This document shows positions 10,519-20,368 of a stretch of DNA of 64,000 nt, piece by piece (the first letter of the stretch is position 1; the number at the start of each line of letters is the position of its first letter). The notes under the pieces are model-generated. The model did not search any database. It was not told the origin of the DNA and saw only the letters and a list, made by a program, of their open reading frames with translations. Made by a program: the position numbers and the translations under genes. Origin of the DNA: Chloroflexota bacterium. Lineage in GTDB: Bacteria > Chloroflexota > Anaerolineae > CAYNKW01. The stretch lies in contig JBMOMT010000055.1 in NCBI GenBank assembly GCA_049324835.1, forward strand, positions 100,549 through 164,548, written 5' to 3'.

Positions 10519-11178
10519 ATGGTGAAAAGAAGGGATGTTCTGATCCTGGCAGTGGCTTGTTTGGTGATGCTGGCGTTGGCCGCCTGCGATGGCAAATCCC
10601 AAGATGAGCTCAGTTACACCGCTCCGTTCGAGATCGCAGTCACGGCGGGCAATTTTTTGCCCGGCGCTGAACTGCAATACGTGGGGCTCACGCCGGACAA
10701 CCGGGCCGAGGTGTCCATCGAGGGGCAGCGCGCGCTCAAACAAAAGGCCGACTCTCTTTCCTGGGAAGGTGAGATCGGCCAGGGGGTATGGTTGGAGCTG
10801 GATTTGCGGGTGTTGTGGTACGATGAGGCCACCTTGCACGTGGGCGGCACCGCCCAAGTGACCGTGTCGGGCATCCATTCGCTGGCCGATAGCCTGCCGC
10901 AAGAAGCGCCGCTGACCCTGGGCAACGCGCCGGTGGCCTATACGGTCAAAAAGGGCGAGCGTATCCCCGGTACACTGTTGACCTACCAGGGCAAAACGGA
11001 CGAAGGGGCGCAACTGGGCGGCACCGACGACTATCCTTTCCGCAAGGGCGGCGATTCCATCGTGTGGAGCGGGCGCATCAAAGACAACGTCTGGCTGCGC
11101 CTGGACGTGCGGCTGGGCGTTTATACCGATGCCACGATGGCCGCGGCCGGGCTGGCCTCGCTCTGGATCGTGCCATAG
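10519..11178 (+). CDS. Hypothetical lipoprotein with internal two-fold domain duplication
   Basis: Lipobox LAAC; two similar halves (KADSLSWEGEIGQGVWLELDLRV / GGDSIVWSGRIKDNVWLRLDVRL). Confidence 0.75.
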   Translation: MVKRRDVLILAVACLVMLALAACDGKSQDELSYTAPFEIAVTAGNFLPGAELQYVGLTPDNRAEVSIEGQRALKQKADSLSWEGEIGQGVWLELDLRVLWYDEATLHVGGTAQVTVSGIHSLADSLPQEAPLTLGNAPVAYTVKKGERIPGTLLTYQGKTDEGAQLGGTDDYPFRKGGDSIVWSGRIKDNVWLRLDVRLGVYTDATMAAAGLASLWIVP

Positions 11179-11201
11179 AACCTGGCTGGAGGAGGTGAGA
11201 C

Positions 11202-11957
11202 ATGGCGGTCATTGAACCCAAAGCGTTTTACTTGAAGGGCAACCGGATCGGTGTATTGATGATCCACGGCTTTACCGGCTCGCCGGTGGAGCTTTATCCC
11301 ATGGGCGAATACCTGGCCCAACAGAGATTCACCGTGCTGGGCGTGCGGCTGGCCGGTCACGGCACCACCCCGGAGGAGCTGGCCCAGACCGGCTGGCCTG
11401 ACTGGGTTGCTTCGGCGAGAGAAGGACTGGAGCGGCTGCGCGCCGGCTGCGAACGGCTCTACGTGGTGGGTTATTCGCTGGGTGGGCTGATCACGTTGCA
11501 CCTGGCCTCACGCTACGCCATGGACGGCGCGGCCCTGCTGGCGACGCCGCTGTACAACAAAGACTGGCGTCAGACGCTGGTGCCGTTGGCCAGACCCTTT
11601 ATCCGCTTCGTCCCCACCGACGGCCCCGAATCGCCCGACTCGGAGGTCAGGGCGCGTTTCTGGTCTTATAATCGCTGGCCGGTGAGCGCCATTCATCAGG
11701 TGCTCAAGTTCATGAAACAGACGCGCCGGGAACTGCCTCAGGTGAGTGTGCCGCTGCTCATCTTGCACGGCGATCTGGATCAGACCGTGCCGCCGGACTG
11801 CCCGCAGGAAATCTACGACCGCACCGCTTCGACCGACAAGGCCGTGATGCGTTTCGCCAACAGCACCCACTCGCTGCCGCAGGATCACGATCGCGAGCAG
11901 GTGTGGCAGAGCGTGAGCCAGTTCATCACCCGGCTGGCGAACGACGCCGGAAAGTGA
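11202..11957 (+). CDS. Carboxylesterase (alpha/beta hydrolase, Est30/YvaK-like)
   Basis: IHGFTGS, GYSLGG nucleophile motif, HGDLD...H. Confidence 0.9.
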   Translation: MAVIEPKAFYLKGNRIGVLMIHGFTGSPVELYPMGEYLAQQRFTVLGVRLAGHGTTPEELAQTGWPDWVASAREGLERLRAGCERLYVVGYSLGGLITLHLASRYAMDGAALLATPLYNKDWRQTLVPLARPFIRFVPTDGPESPDSEVRARFWSYNRWPVSAIHQVLKFMKQTRRELPQVSVPLLILHGDLDQTVPPDCPQEIYDRTASTDKAVMRFANSTHSLPQDHDREQVWQSVSQFITRLANDAGK

Positions 11958-11964
11958 TCTTGAC

Positions 11965-13179
11965 ATGGACTCGAACGATCGGCTTCAGACTCGTACCCAG
12001 AGCGCTGAGGAGACCCCAGATGCTCTGACGCTGCAACTCAGGCAGGCGGTGGCCGACGTCCTGGAGGTCCACGATGTCACCACCGGCGTCGGTGGGGGTT
12101 GGGGACGGGCCGCCCGCCCGGAGCGCCCGACTGTGCGCCTGCGAGGGCGGCTGCTCCTCGAGGCCGAGGCGGCCTATGCTATCGTCGCGGAGCGATTCCA
12201 GGCGTTGGGCCACACCGCCTTGCTGCGCCATCAGGACGGCCTGGACGTGATCTATGCCATGCCTGGCTTGGTGCGTCCCACACCATCCAGGCGATGGGTC
12301 AACGTCGCGCTTTTTGCTCTGACGGTCGTCTCGGTGCTCTTTACCGGCGCGGTAGTTGACTCGGACGCCGAGACGCTCTGGGCGCTTTTGATCGACGGGT
12401 TGAGTCACCTCGACAGGGGGTTGCCGGCCGGCATTGCTCTGATGGTGCCGTTGCTGGCCCACGAGTTCGGCCACTATTTCACCGCCCGTCACTTTGGGCT
12501 GCCGGCCACGCTGCCCTATTTCATCCCACTGCCGTTTCCACTCTCGCCGCTGGGCACCATGGGCGCGGTGATCCGCATGAAAGGCCCCATGCTGAACCGC
12601 AAAACGCTGCTCGCCGTGGGGGCCGCCGGCCCGCTGGCCGGTTTCCTGGTCGCCGTGCCGTTTCTCATCCTGGGGCTGGCTCTCTCACCGGTGGCCGATT
12701 TTGATCCCCAGACGGGCCTGGGCATCCCGCAGGCCGGGGTCATGCTGGAGGGCAACTCGTTGCTCTATGGCGGTCTCAAGCTGCTCATGTTCGGCCAGTG
12801 GCTGCCGGGCGGCGGCAAAGACGTGATGCTGCATCCCATTGCCTTTTCTGCCTGGGCGGCGCTGCTGGTGACGGCCATCAACCTCATCCCTGCCGGGCAA
12901 CTGGATGGCGGCCACATTGCCTACGCGCTGCTGGGTGAAAAGGCGCGCTGGCTCACCTGGGCCATGCTGGGCATCACGGCCGCGATGGGGATGGTCTGGC
13001 AGGGCTGGTGGCTGTGGGCGCTGCTCATCTGGCTCTTTGGCCAACAACACGCCGCCCCTCTGGACGATATCACACCACTCACCGCCAGACAGCGGGCGCT
13101 GGCGGTTCTGGCATTGGTGGTTTTTGTCCTCACCTTTATTCCCGTCCCGCTGCAGATCGTCGTGCCGCCCGGCGCGTAG
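11965..13179 (+). CDS. Site-2 protease (peptidase M50)
   Basis: HEFGH and NLIPAGQLDGGH motifs, multiple TM segments. Confidence 0.92.
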   Translation: MDSNDRLQTRTQSAEETPDALTLQLRQAVADVLEVHDVTTGVGGGWGRAARPERPTVRLRGRLLLEAEAAYAIVAERFQALGHTALLRHQDGLDVIYAMPGLVRPTPSRRWVNVALFALTVVSVLFTGAVVDSDAETLWALLIDGLSHLDRGLPAGIALMVPLLAHEFGHYFTARHFGLPATLPYFIPLPFPLSPLGTMGAVIRMKGPMLNRKTLLAVGAAGPLAGFLVAVPFLILGLALSPVADFDPQTGLGIPQAGVMLEGNSLLYGGLKLLMFGQWLPGGGKDVMLHPIAFSAWAALLVTAINLIPAGQLDGGHIAYALLGEKARWLTWAMLGITAAMGMVWQGWWLWALLIWLFGQQHAAPLDDITPLTARQRALAVLALVVFVLTFIPVPLQIVVPPGA

Positions 13180-13194
13180 AGAAAGGATGCCAGG

Positions 13195-14181
13195 ATGTTG
13201 ACCGATCACCTGCCGCGTATTTCTTTGGCCTTTTTACCCACCCCCCTGGAAGAGATGCCCCGCCTGCGGGCGGCGTTGGGCGGCGGCCCGCGCCTGCTGG
13301 TCAAGCGGGACGATCAGACCGGTCTGGCGACCGGCGGCAACAAGAGCCGCAAGCTCGAGTTTCTCGTCGCCGAGGCGCTGACGCAAAAGGCCGATACCCT
13401 GGTCACGGCGGGCGGACCGCAGTCGAATCATTGCCGCCAGACGGCGGCCGCGGCCGCCAAGACAGGCCTGAGATGCGTGTTGGTGCTGAGCGGCCATCCG
13501 CCGGCCCGGGTCGACTGGAACGGCAACCTGCTGCTCGACGATCTGTTGGGCGCAGAGATGCGCTGGGCGGGTGAGGCCACACGGGAAGCTGCGCTGGAAG
13601 AGACCGTCCAGTCGCTGCGGGCCAGCGGCGCCCGGCCCTACCTCATCCCGGTGGGCGGCTCGGTGCCTGTGGGGGCCGCCGGTTACGTGGCGGCCGTGGA
13701 AGAGCTGGCAGACCAGTTGGCAGCGCGCGGCGAGCGCGTGGCCCGCATTGTATTCCCTTCCGGCTCGGCAGGCACCCACGCCGGCATCCTGGTGGGTATC
13801 AAGGCGCTGGGATTGTCTGCGCGGGTGGAGGGCATCAACGACGACAAGGTCGGTGGGCTGTTGGACAAGGTGCGATCGCTGGCCGTTGCCACAGCGGACC
13901 ATCTGAACCTGAAGCTGCACTTTGCCGACGAGGACCTGGTCCTGCACGATGCCTATGGCGCAGCCGGTTATGGCGTCATCACAAACGCCGAGCGCGAGGC
14001 CATCCGCCTGCTGGCCCGCACCGAGGGCCTCATCGCCGACCCGGTCTACACCGGGCGCGCGCTGGCCGGACTGATCGACCTGGTGCGCCGGGGCGTCTAT
14101 GGCTCTGACGAGACGGTGCTCTTTTGGCACACCGGCGGCGTGGCTGGCCTCTTTGGCCACTCGATGGAAACCTGGAGTTGA
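13195..14181 (+). CDS. dcyD: D-cysteine desulfhydrase / ACC deaminase family PLP enzyme
   Basis: VKRDD...GGNKSRKLEF, QSNH, GSAGT, DPVYTG, FWHTGG. Confidence 0.85.
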   Translation: MLTDHLPRISLAFLPTPLEEMPRLRAALGGGPRLLVKRDDQTGLATGGNKSRKLEFLVAEALTQKADTLVTAGGPQSNHCRQTAAAAAKTGLRCVLVLSGHPPARVDWNGNLLLDDLLGAEMRWAGEATREAALEETVQSLRASGARPYLIPVGGSVPVGAAGYVAAVEELADQLAARGERVARIVFPSGSAGTHAGILVGIKALGLSARVEGINDDKVGGLLDKVRSLAVATADHLNLKLHFADEDLVLHDAYGAAGYGVITNAEREAIRLLARTEGLIADPVYTGRALAGLIDLVRRGVYGSDETVLFWHTGGVAGLFGHSMETWS

Positions 14182-14194
14182 ATGGAGCCCTTTT

Positions 14195-14875
14195 TTGACC
14201 GCTGACACGCCCCCTATCCTGCTGGCCTCTGCTTCACCCCGCCGTCGAGAGTTACTCTCCTGGCTGGGATGGCCCTTTTCCGTCGTCGCCGCCGATGTGG
14301 ACGAGACGGGAATCGACGCTGAATCGCCGCCAGAGATGGTGCAGCGCCTGAGCCGCGAAAAGGCGCGACACGTGGCCGCCCGGCGCCCGCAGGCGGTGGT
14401 CATCGCCGCCGACACCACCGTGGCCCTGGATGGCCGCTCGCTGGGCAAACCGGTCGATAACGCCGAGGCGACGGCCATGCTGCGCGCCTTGCGGAACCGT
14501 CCGCACCAGGTCTACAGCGGTCTGACGGTGATCTGGGGGGAGCAGCACCTCACCGACCTGGCCGAGAGCCTGGTTTGGATGCGCCGTTACAGCGACGACG
14601 AGATCGCTGCCTATGTGGCCAGCGGCGATCCACTGGACAAGGCGGGCGCTTATGCCGTGCAGCACGCGCGTTTCAGGCCGGCGGAGCGGGTAGAGGGTTG
14701 TTTCGCCAGCGTGATGGGCTTTCCGTTGTGTCATCTGACACGGGCGCTGGCCGGCTGCGGCTTGCGAGCGCCGGTCGATGTGCCGGCTGTGTGCCAGACG
14801 CGCACCGGCTTTGGCTGCCGCGTGTTTGGCGACATTCTCGACATCGCTTTGAGAGACAGAGGACAAGAGACATGA
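14195..14875 (+). CDS. maf: Maf-family nucleoside triphosphate pyrophosphatase
   Basis: LASASPRRRELL, AADTTV, LGKP, DKAGAY; probable TTG start after GGAG. Confidence 0.9.
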   Translation: MTADTPPILLASASPRRRELLSWLGWPFSVVAADVDETGIDAESPPEMVQRLSREKARHVAARRPQAVVIAADTTVALDGRSLGKPVDNAEATAMLRALRNRPHQVYSGLTVIWGEQHLTDLAESLVWMRRYSDDEIAAYVASGDPLDKAGAYAVQHARFRPAERVEGCFASVMGFPLCHLTRALAGCGLRAPVDVPAVCQTRTGFGCRVFGDILDIALRDRGQET

Positions 14876-15393
14876 TCTATGGAGAAAAGACCCGGTTGCG
14901 TCACATCGAGCGTGAGGACATCCCCACCTTTGTGCGCTGGTTCAACGATCCGGAGGTGCGCGAGTACCTGGCGATTTTCCGGCCCATGTCCAGGGCGGAG
15001 GAAGAAAAGTGGTTCGAGCGCCATCTCGGCGATGCCGACTCGGAGATATTTGCCATCGAGACGCAAGAAGGGGTCCACATCGGCAACATTGGCCTGCACG
15101 ACACCCACTGGCAATATCGCCTGGTCGAGATGGGCATCGTCATCGGCGAAAAGGAATACTGGGGCAAAGGCTACGGCAGCGACGCCATCCGCACCCTGTT
15201 GCGTTTTGTCTTTGGTGAGATGAACCTGCACCGCGTGGCGCTGCGGGTGCGGGCCGATAACGCACGCGCCATCCGGGCCTACGAGAAATGCGGCTTTCAA
15301 CACGAGGGGATAAAACGAGAGGCCATTTTCGCCAACGGTCGTTACTACGATGAGCTGCACCTGGGTATTCTGGATCGTGAGTTCGAAGGATAA
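14872..15393 (+). CDS. GNAT N-acetyltransferase (RimJ/RimL-like)
   Basis: YWGKGYG, NARAIRAYEKCGF; ATGA overlap with maf. Confidence 0.9.
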   Translation: MIYGEKTRLRHIEREDIPTFVRWFNDPEVREYLAIFRPMSRAEEEKWFERHLGDADSEIFAIETQEGVHIGNIGLHDTHWQYRLVEMGIVIGEKEYWGKGYGSDAIRTLLRFVFGEMNLHRVALRVRADNARAIRAYEKCGFQHEGIKREAIFANGRYYDELHLGILDREFEG

Positions 15394-15634
15394 CGTGTGT
15401 CCGGCGACAGGCCGCTTCTGACAGCGCACCAAAATCGGATCAGGTTCTAGTTACACTGAGCTGGCTCTCCCCGCTTTCCCCAGTCTCGGCATGGTAAAAG
15501 TTTCCCATAGCCCGGACAAGCTTCGTTTGGACAGAAATCTCCGGTTTGGGCCAACTGTTCTCCGGTCTCCCTCAAGATAGTGTGTCGAGCATACGCTATT
15601 TACCGGCAACACCCAAGAGGGAAACTATCCGAAT

Positions 15635-15683
15635 TTGACAGCCATCCCATTTCGATGTAATATATAAGCGTTTCTTTATATTA
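15635..15683 (+). promoter_or_regulatory. Promoter with overlapping AT-rich palindrome (probable ArsR operator)
   Basis: TTGACA-N17-TAATAT; inverted repeat TAATATA-N12-TATATTA at 15658-15683, upstream of arsR. Confidence 0.65.
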
Positions 15684-15728
15684 TAAAACTCTGTTTATAC
15701 GGCGCTTTTCAGGCAACAGGGATGCAAC

Positions 15729-16073
15729 ATGGGCGACGGGGCGCAAGGACCAAGGCTCAGCCTAAAAAGAGACAACACGCCGCCAGAAGTACGCGAACTA
15801 CGACAGTATTTTCGTGTCATGGGTGACGTGCTGCGCCTGCGCCTTTTGCGTGAGCTGGCCATCCAGGACGAAATGAGCGTTTCACAACTCGTGGCTGTGC
15901 TGCGCGTCAGCCAGCCGCTGGTGTCCTTTCATCTGGGTCTGCTCCGACGGGCCAGGCTGGTGCGCACCCGTCGAACCGGACGGCAGGCCTATTATACGCT
16001 AGATCGCGAACAGATGGCGCACTATCACAACCTGTTGGCCGCCTTTTTGCCAGAAACCCATTCCGATGAGTGA
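15729..16073 (+). CDS. ArsR/SmtB-family transcriptional regulator
   Basis: RLRLL...SVSQL...SQPLVSFHLGLLRRARLV...GRQAYY wHTH. Confidence 0.9.
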   Translation: MGDGAQGPRLSLKRDNTPPEVRELRQYFRVMGDVLRLRLLRELAIQDEMSVSQLVAVLRVSQPLVSFHLGLLRRARLVRTRRTGRQAYYTLDREQMAHYHNLLAAFLPETHSDE

Positions 16074-16983
16074 ATCCCGGTCTGGTCTATCGCTCACTTT
16101 TTTTCTCTACCGCCTGGCCGGAGCCGTGCTGCCGGCCATCCCAACGGTGTTGGGTTATCGTCTGGCCGAGATCGGCGGGGCGCTGATATTTGCCCTCTCG
16201 CCCGATGTGAGGCGACGGGTGTGCGCCAACTTGAGCCATGTGCTGGCTCAGGAGCCTGACCATCCACTCGTGCGGGTTACGGCGCGGCGAATGCTGGGCA
16301 ATCTGGTCAAAAACTATTTCGATCTGTTCCGACTGCCGCGCCTGACGCCGGCGCAGAGCGCGCAGTTTGTCGAGGTGCAGGGCTGGCAGCACATCGAGAC
16401 CAGCCTCAGCCGTGGCAAGGGTCTGATCGTCGTCTCGGCTCACCTGGGCAACATCGAGATCGTGGTACAGATCTTTGCCCGCCACGGCGTGGCCGTGACC
16501 ATCCCTGTGGAGCGCCTTCAACCGCCGCGCCTTTTCGATTACATCTGTCGTCTGCGGAGCAGCCATGGCCTGCGATTGGTGCCCATCGACGGGCCGCTGC
16601 TGATGCTCTACCGCGCGCTGCGCCGCGGCGAAGTGGTGGGTCTGGCTGCCGACCGCGACATCACGGCCAGCGGGCAGGTGGCGCATTTTTTCGGCGCACC
16701 GGCCCAACTGCCCGACGGCCACGTGCGGCTGGCGTTACGCACCGGCGCGCCGCTGCTGTGCGCCTTTAGCCAGCGTCTGGCGCACAATCGTTTCCTGGCG
16801 CACATTCTGCCGCCCCTGGAACTGGCGCAGAGCGGCGATCCAGAGGCCGATGTGGCCGCCGGTGTGAGACAGGTGCTGGCAGCAGTGGAACAGGCCATCG
16901 CCCAACATCCAGACCAATGGTATGTGACTCACGCCGTCTGGCCGTCGAATCACCAGCCGCGGCGTCGATCAGAGCATGTATGA
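16066..16983 (+). CDS. Lipid acyltransferase, PatA / lipid A lauroyl acyltransferase family
   Basis: SAHLGNIE, GLAADRD, FFG...LPDG, PDQW motifs. Confidence 0.85.
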   Translation: MSESRSGLSLTFFLYRLAGAVLPAIPTVLGYRLAEIGGALIFALSPDVRRRVCANLSHVLAQEPDHPLVRVTARRMLGNLVKNYFDLFRLPRLTPAQSAQFVEVQGWQHIETSLSRGKGLIVVSAHLGNIEIVVQIFARHGVAVTIPVERLQPPRLFDYICRLRSSHGLRLVPIDGPLLMLYRALRRGEVVGLAADRDITASGQVAHFFGAPAQLPDGHVRLALRTGAPLLCAFSQRLAHNRFLAHILPPLELAQSGDPEADVAAGVRQVLAAVEQAIAQHPDQWYVTHAVWPSNHQPRRRSEHV

Positions 16984-18167
16984 AAATCGCCCTTGTATCA
17001 CCCTACGATTTTGCACGACCGGGTGGGGTGGCCACCCACATCAACGCCCTGAGCCGCGAGTTCCGGGCGCGCGGCCACGATGTGCGCATCATCGCGCCGT
17101 GCTCTTCAAACGACGCACCGCTGCCCTACATCATCAAAGCCAGCGGCTCGGTGCAGGCGATATCCTATGCCGGCACCGTGGCCCGCATCAGCCTGTCGCC
17201 GCGGATGTACCACCGTGTGAAGCGCATTTTGGCGCAAGAACAGTTCGACGTCATCCACCTCCACGAACCGCTCACGCCCGGCCTGACGCTGGCCGTGCTG
17301 CGACATCTGGGCGTGTGCCCCGAATCGCTGGTGGTGGGCACTTTTCACGCCTATCAGGAGGCGCACAAGGGTTATGCGCTGGGCAAACCGCTCTTCCGGC
17401 GCATTATCCGCCGCCTAGATGGTCGCATCGCCGTGTCGGAGGCGGCCCGAGATTACGCAGCTCGTTACTTTCCTGGCGAGTATGCCATCATCCCCAACGG
17501 CATCGACCCGGAGCGTTTCGGCAGCGCGGCTGTGCAACCGCTGGCAGCTTTTAGTGACGATCGGCCCAACGTGCTCTTTGTGGGGCGGCTGGAGCAGCGC
17601 AAGGGGTTGGCCTATCTGCTGCGCGCCTTTGCCCGCGTGCAATCCTTTGCGCCGCAGACGCGCCTGCTGGTGGTGGGCGCCTCGGAGCGGGATGAGCAGG
17701 CTCTGTATGTGGCTCTGAGCCGGGAGTTGGGGCTGCGGCACGTCCATTTTGTGGGGCAGGTATCTGACGACGACTTGCCGCGTTATTACCGCTCCAGTCA
17801 TCTGTTCTGCGCGCCGTCCATCGGCTTTGAAAGTTTTGGGTTGGTGCTGCTGGAAGCCATGGCTGCCGGCGTGCCGGTGATCGCCACCGATATTCGGGGT
17901 TATCGTTCCGTGGTGGGCAACAGCGGGGCAGGGCTGCTGGTGCCGCCCAAAGACGCCGCTGCTCTGGCGCAGGCCATCATTCAGCTCTTGCAGGATCCAC
18001 GCCGGCGGCAGGATATGGCCCAGCAAGGCCGGGCGCGGTCGTTGGCTTACAATTGGCCGCACATCGCCGACCGCATCCTGAGTTTTTACCGCCGCCTGCG
18101 CCTGCAACGGGATGTGGCTCGACGCCAAGAGATCGACGAGTGGGAGGTAGAACATGCCCGTGGTTAA
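16980..18167 (+). CDS. pimA: GT4 glycosyltransferase, PimA-like phosphatidylinositol alpha-mannosyltransferase
   Basis: MKIALVSPYDFARPGGV, HLHEP, ESFGLVLLEAMAAG. Confidence 0.75.
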   Translation: MKIALVSPYDFARPGGVATHINALSREFRARGHDVRIIAPCSSNDAPLPYIIKASGSVQAISYAGTVARISLSPRMYHRVKRILAQEQFDVIHLHEPLTPGLTLAVLRHLGVCPESLVVGTFHAYQEAHKGYALGKPLFRRIIRRLDGRIAVSEAARDYAARYFPGEYAIIPNGIDPERFGSAAVQPLAAFSDDRPNVLFVGRLEQRKGLAYLLRAFARVQSFAPQTRLLVVGASERDEQALYVALSRELGLRHVHFVGQVSDDDLPRYYRSSHLFCAPSIGFESFGLVLLEAMAAGVPVIATDIRGYRSVVGNSGAGLLVPPKDAAALAQAIIQLLQDPRRRQDMAQQGRARSLAYNWPHIADRILSFYRRLRLQRDVARRQEIDEWEVEHARG

Positions 18168-18831
18168 AGTGGGAAGCAAAAACAGAGGCACCTCGGCCAC
18201 GCTCACCGATCGCGCTCGTTATTGGGTGCGCGGCCTGGTTGATCCCATCGCCACTTTGTTGGTGCGCCTGGGATTCACACCCAATACGCTGACGCTGCTC
18301 GGTTTCCTGATGAACGTCACCGTGGCGATCATTCTTTCTCAGGGCGAGATGCGCTGGGGAGCGGTAGCCTTTTTCATCGCCAGCGCCGTCGATGGATTGG
18401 ATGGAGCAGTGGCCCGTAAACTCGGTCGAGTGAGCCGTTTTGGCGCCTTTCTAGACTCAACGGTGGATCGGCTCTCCGAGGCGGCGGTCTTTTTGGGCCT
18501 GCTGGTCTGGTACACCGGCCAGGGGGCGCGCCAGGAGATCGTGCTCATTTACGCTACCATCGTCGGCTCGTTGATGGTCAGTTATTCACGCGCCCGGGCC
18601 GAGGGTCTGGGGCTAGACTGCAAAGTGGGGCTGCTCACCCGCATGGAGCGGGCGGTGGTGCTTTTTTGGGGCCTGCTGTTGCAGCAGGTGACCATTACCC
18701 TGTGGATCATGGCGGTGTTGTCCAACTTTACCGCGTTGCAGCGCATGCTCTATGTCTGGCGCAAATCGGAAAGGGAGAGCCAGCCGGCTGAGGGAAACGA
18801 TCGGACAGACGGCGGATCGCAAAACCCCTGA
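18154..18831 (+). CDS. pgsA: CDP-alcohol phosphatidyltransferase (phosphatidylinositol-phosphate synthase-like)
   Basis: TPNTLT, DGLDGAVAR...GAFLDSTVDR, SYSRARAEGLG, RMER. Confidence 0.8.
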   Translation: MPVVKVGSKNRGTSATLTDRARYWVRGLVDPIATLLVRLGFTPNTLTLLGFLMNVTVAIILSQGEMRWGAVAFFIASAVDGLDGAVARKLGRVSRFGAFLDSTVDRLSEAAVFLGLLVWYTGQGARQEIVLIYATIVGSLMVSYSRARAEGLGLDCKVGLLTRMERAVVLFWGLLLQQVTITLWIMAVLSNFTALQRMLYVWRKSERESQPAEGNDRTDGGSQNP

Positions 18832-18907
18832 TCGTTTCCGAACAGGGGTTGAGCGGCAGAGTGCATGCCCTCCCCAACGTTGGTGGAGAGGCAAACGAGG
18901 ATTGGGG

Positions 18908-19105
18908 TTAGTCTTTCACCGGCTTGCAGGTGGCATGGAGATAGGCAAAATCGCCACGGGGCGGAATGATCTCCAGAACCTCGACGACCTCGAACGTCTG
19001 GCCGGCAAACTCGACCAACTCTCCCACTTCTGGGCGCTCTTCCTGGTTCATGATGGTGCCCGGATGTCGCCCACCCATCACCACGTAACTCACCTGGTAG
19101 ATCAT
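18908..19105 (-). CDS. Small hypothetical protein (65 aa)
   Basis: Strong SD AGGAGG; same strand as neighbouring genes. Confidence 0.7.
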   Translation of the reverse strand: MIYQVSYVVMGGRHPGTIMNQEERPEVGELVEFAGQTFEVVEVLEIIPPRGDFAYLHATCKPVKD

Positions 19106-19144
19106 GGTGCCTCCTGATTTACACCTTTCCAGATCGCGCGCCCA

Positions 19145-19588
19145 TCAACGCCAGGCCAGATTGTAATGCCTCAGCTTGAAGCTCAGGTCGGCGGCCAGGT
19201 TACGCATGACGATGTAGCCGATGTGCGTGTCCTGGTCACACAGGTCGATGAAATCATCGCGGCCGATGGCGTACAGCACGGTGCGATCCGACGTTGCTCT
19301 GACGGTGGCCGAGCGTAACCCACGGTCAATGAGCGACATCTCACCAAAGATCTGCCCCCGCCCCAGGTGCAAAATGGGAGTAGGCCCCGGCGCCGATGCC
19401 GTCCCCAGCGCCACCTCGGCCGTGCCCTCGCGGATGATGTAGAGATCGTTGCTCGGCTCTTTTTCCCGGACAATGATCGCACTCTTTTGGTGAATCTCTT
19501 CCCGGCAGATTTCTGCAATGCGACTTAGCTGCTCCCCAGACAGGCCCGAAAAGAGGCTGACCTGCCTCAGCAAATCTGTCGATACCAT
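19145..19588 (-). CDS. Cyclic nucleotide-binding domain protein (stand-alone)
   Basis: LFSGL, LYIIREG, FGEMSLID...RSATVRA. Confidence 0.9.
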   Translation of the reverse strand: MVSTDLLRQVSLFSGLSGEQLSRIAEICREEIHQKSAIIVREKEPSNDLYIIREGTAEVALGTASAPGPTPILHLGRGQIFGEMSLIDRGLRSATVRATSDRTVLYAIGRDDFIDLCDQDTHIGYIVMRNLAADLSFKLRHYNLAWR

Positions 19589-19719
19589 GGCTTTTCTCCC
19601 TCGTATAATATGTTCGTGGTCAGGCACGTAACAGCGTGGAGTGCCGTAAGGCCACTCTGCTCCGCTGCGCGGCTCACTACGAACCTCCTTCCTGGCACGA
19701 TCCAGACCGCCAGATAGTC

Positions 19720-20181
19720 TTATTCGCGCGGCGGCGGCGGTGGGATATAGCGGATGTAGGCATCGAGAAGCTGGATCTCTTGTTCTTTGACCTCTCGATC
19801 CAGCGTCAACAGATCACGCACCGACACGACGCCCACCAGTTGATCGCCCGACACCACCGGCAGGTGACGACACTCTTTGCACTGCATTTTGTTCAAGGCG
19901 TCCTGGAGGGTCTCATCGACCTCGCCCACCACCAGATCGGTCGTCATCACTTCGTTCACTCTGACGTCGGCAGGCGCTTTGCCGGCGGCAACCACCCGCA
20001 CCATCAGGTCGCGCTCGGTAAAGATGCCCACCAGCCGATCACCTTCCAACACCGGCAGCGCCCCGATGTGTTTCCCGGCCATCAACTGTACGGCCTCCAT
20101 CACCGTCTGCCTGCCGTTCACACAATAGAGCGGCCCACCTTTGACAAGTTCACCAATAGTTTTCACGATCTCCCTCTGCAT
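19720..20181 (-). CDS. CBS-domain pair protein
   Basis: IGALPV...GIFTERDL and RHLPV...GVVSVRDL; start 20181 avoids overlap with the tRNA. Confidence 0.9.
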   Translation of the reverse strand: MQREIVKTIGELVKGGPLYCVNGRQTVMEAVQLMAGKHIGALPVLEGDRLVGIFTERDLMVRVVAAGKAPADVRVNEVMTTDLVVGEVDETLQDALNKMQCKECRHLPVVSGDQLVGVVSVRDLLTLDREVKEQEIQLLDAYIRYIPPPPPRE

Positions 20182-20220
20182 CAACCTTTCTCGTGATCGA
20201 CCCGACTCTTTTCCAGATGA

Positions 20221-20302
20221 TGGGGAAGGAGAGACTCGAACTCTCACGGGTTGCCCCACGTGATCCTAAGTCACGCTCGTCTGCCAGTTCCGACACTTCC
20301 CC
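20221..20302 (-). tRNA. tRNA-Leu(TAG)
   Basis: GGGGAAG acceptor stem pairs with CTTCCCC-A; anticodon loop CTTAGGA; long variable arm; GTTCGAG T-loop; CCA not encoded. Confidence 0.95.
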
Positions 20303-20318
20303 ACACCACGTGCAGGCG

Positions 20319-20347
20319 ATTATACAATTGAACCTGCATTTGGGCAA
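20319..20347 (-). promoter_or_regulatory. Promoter for tRNA-Leu
   Basis: TTGCCC-N17-TATAAT. Confidence 0.7.
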
Positions 20348-20368
20348 GTGGAAAATATCAGTCGCGCC

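Noticed and set aside
18867-18892. Imperfect hairpin between convergent pgsA and the small hypothetical gene
   Set aside because: Too degenerate to call as a REP or terminator.
20221-20302. tRNA-Leu as an integration site for an island or prophage
   Set aside because: No integrase nearby and no duplicated tRNA 3' end noticed; the flanks are ordinary genes.
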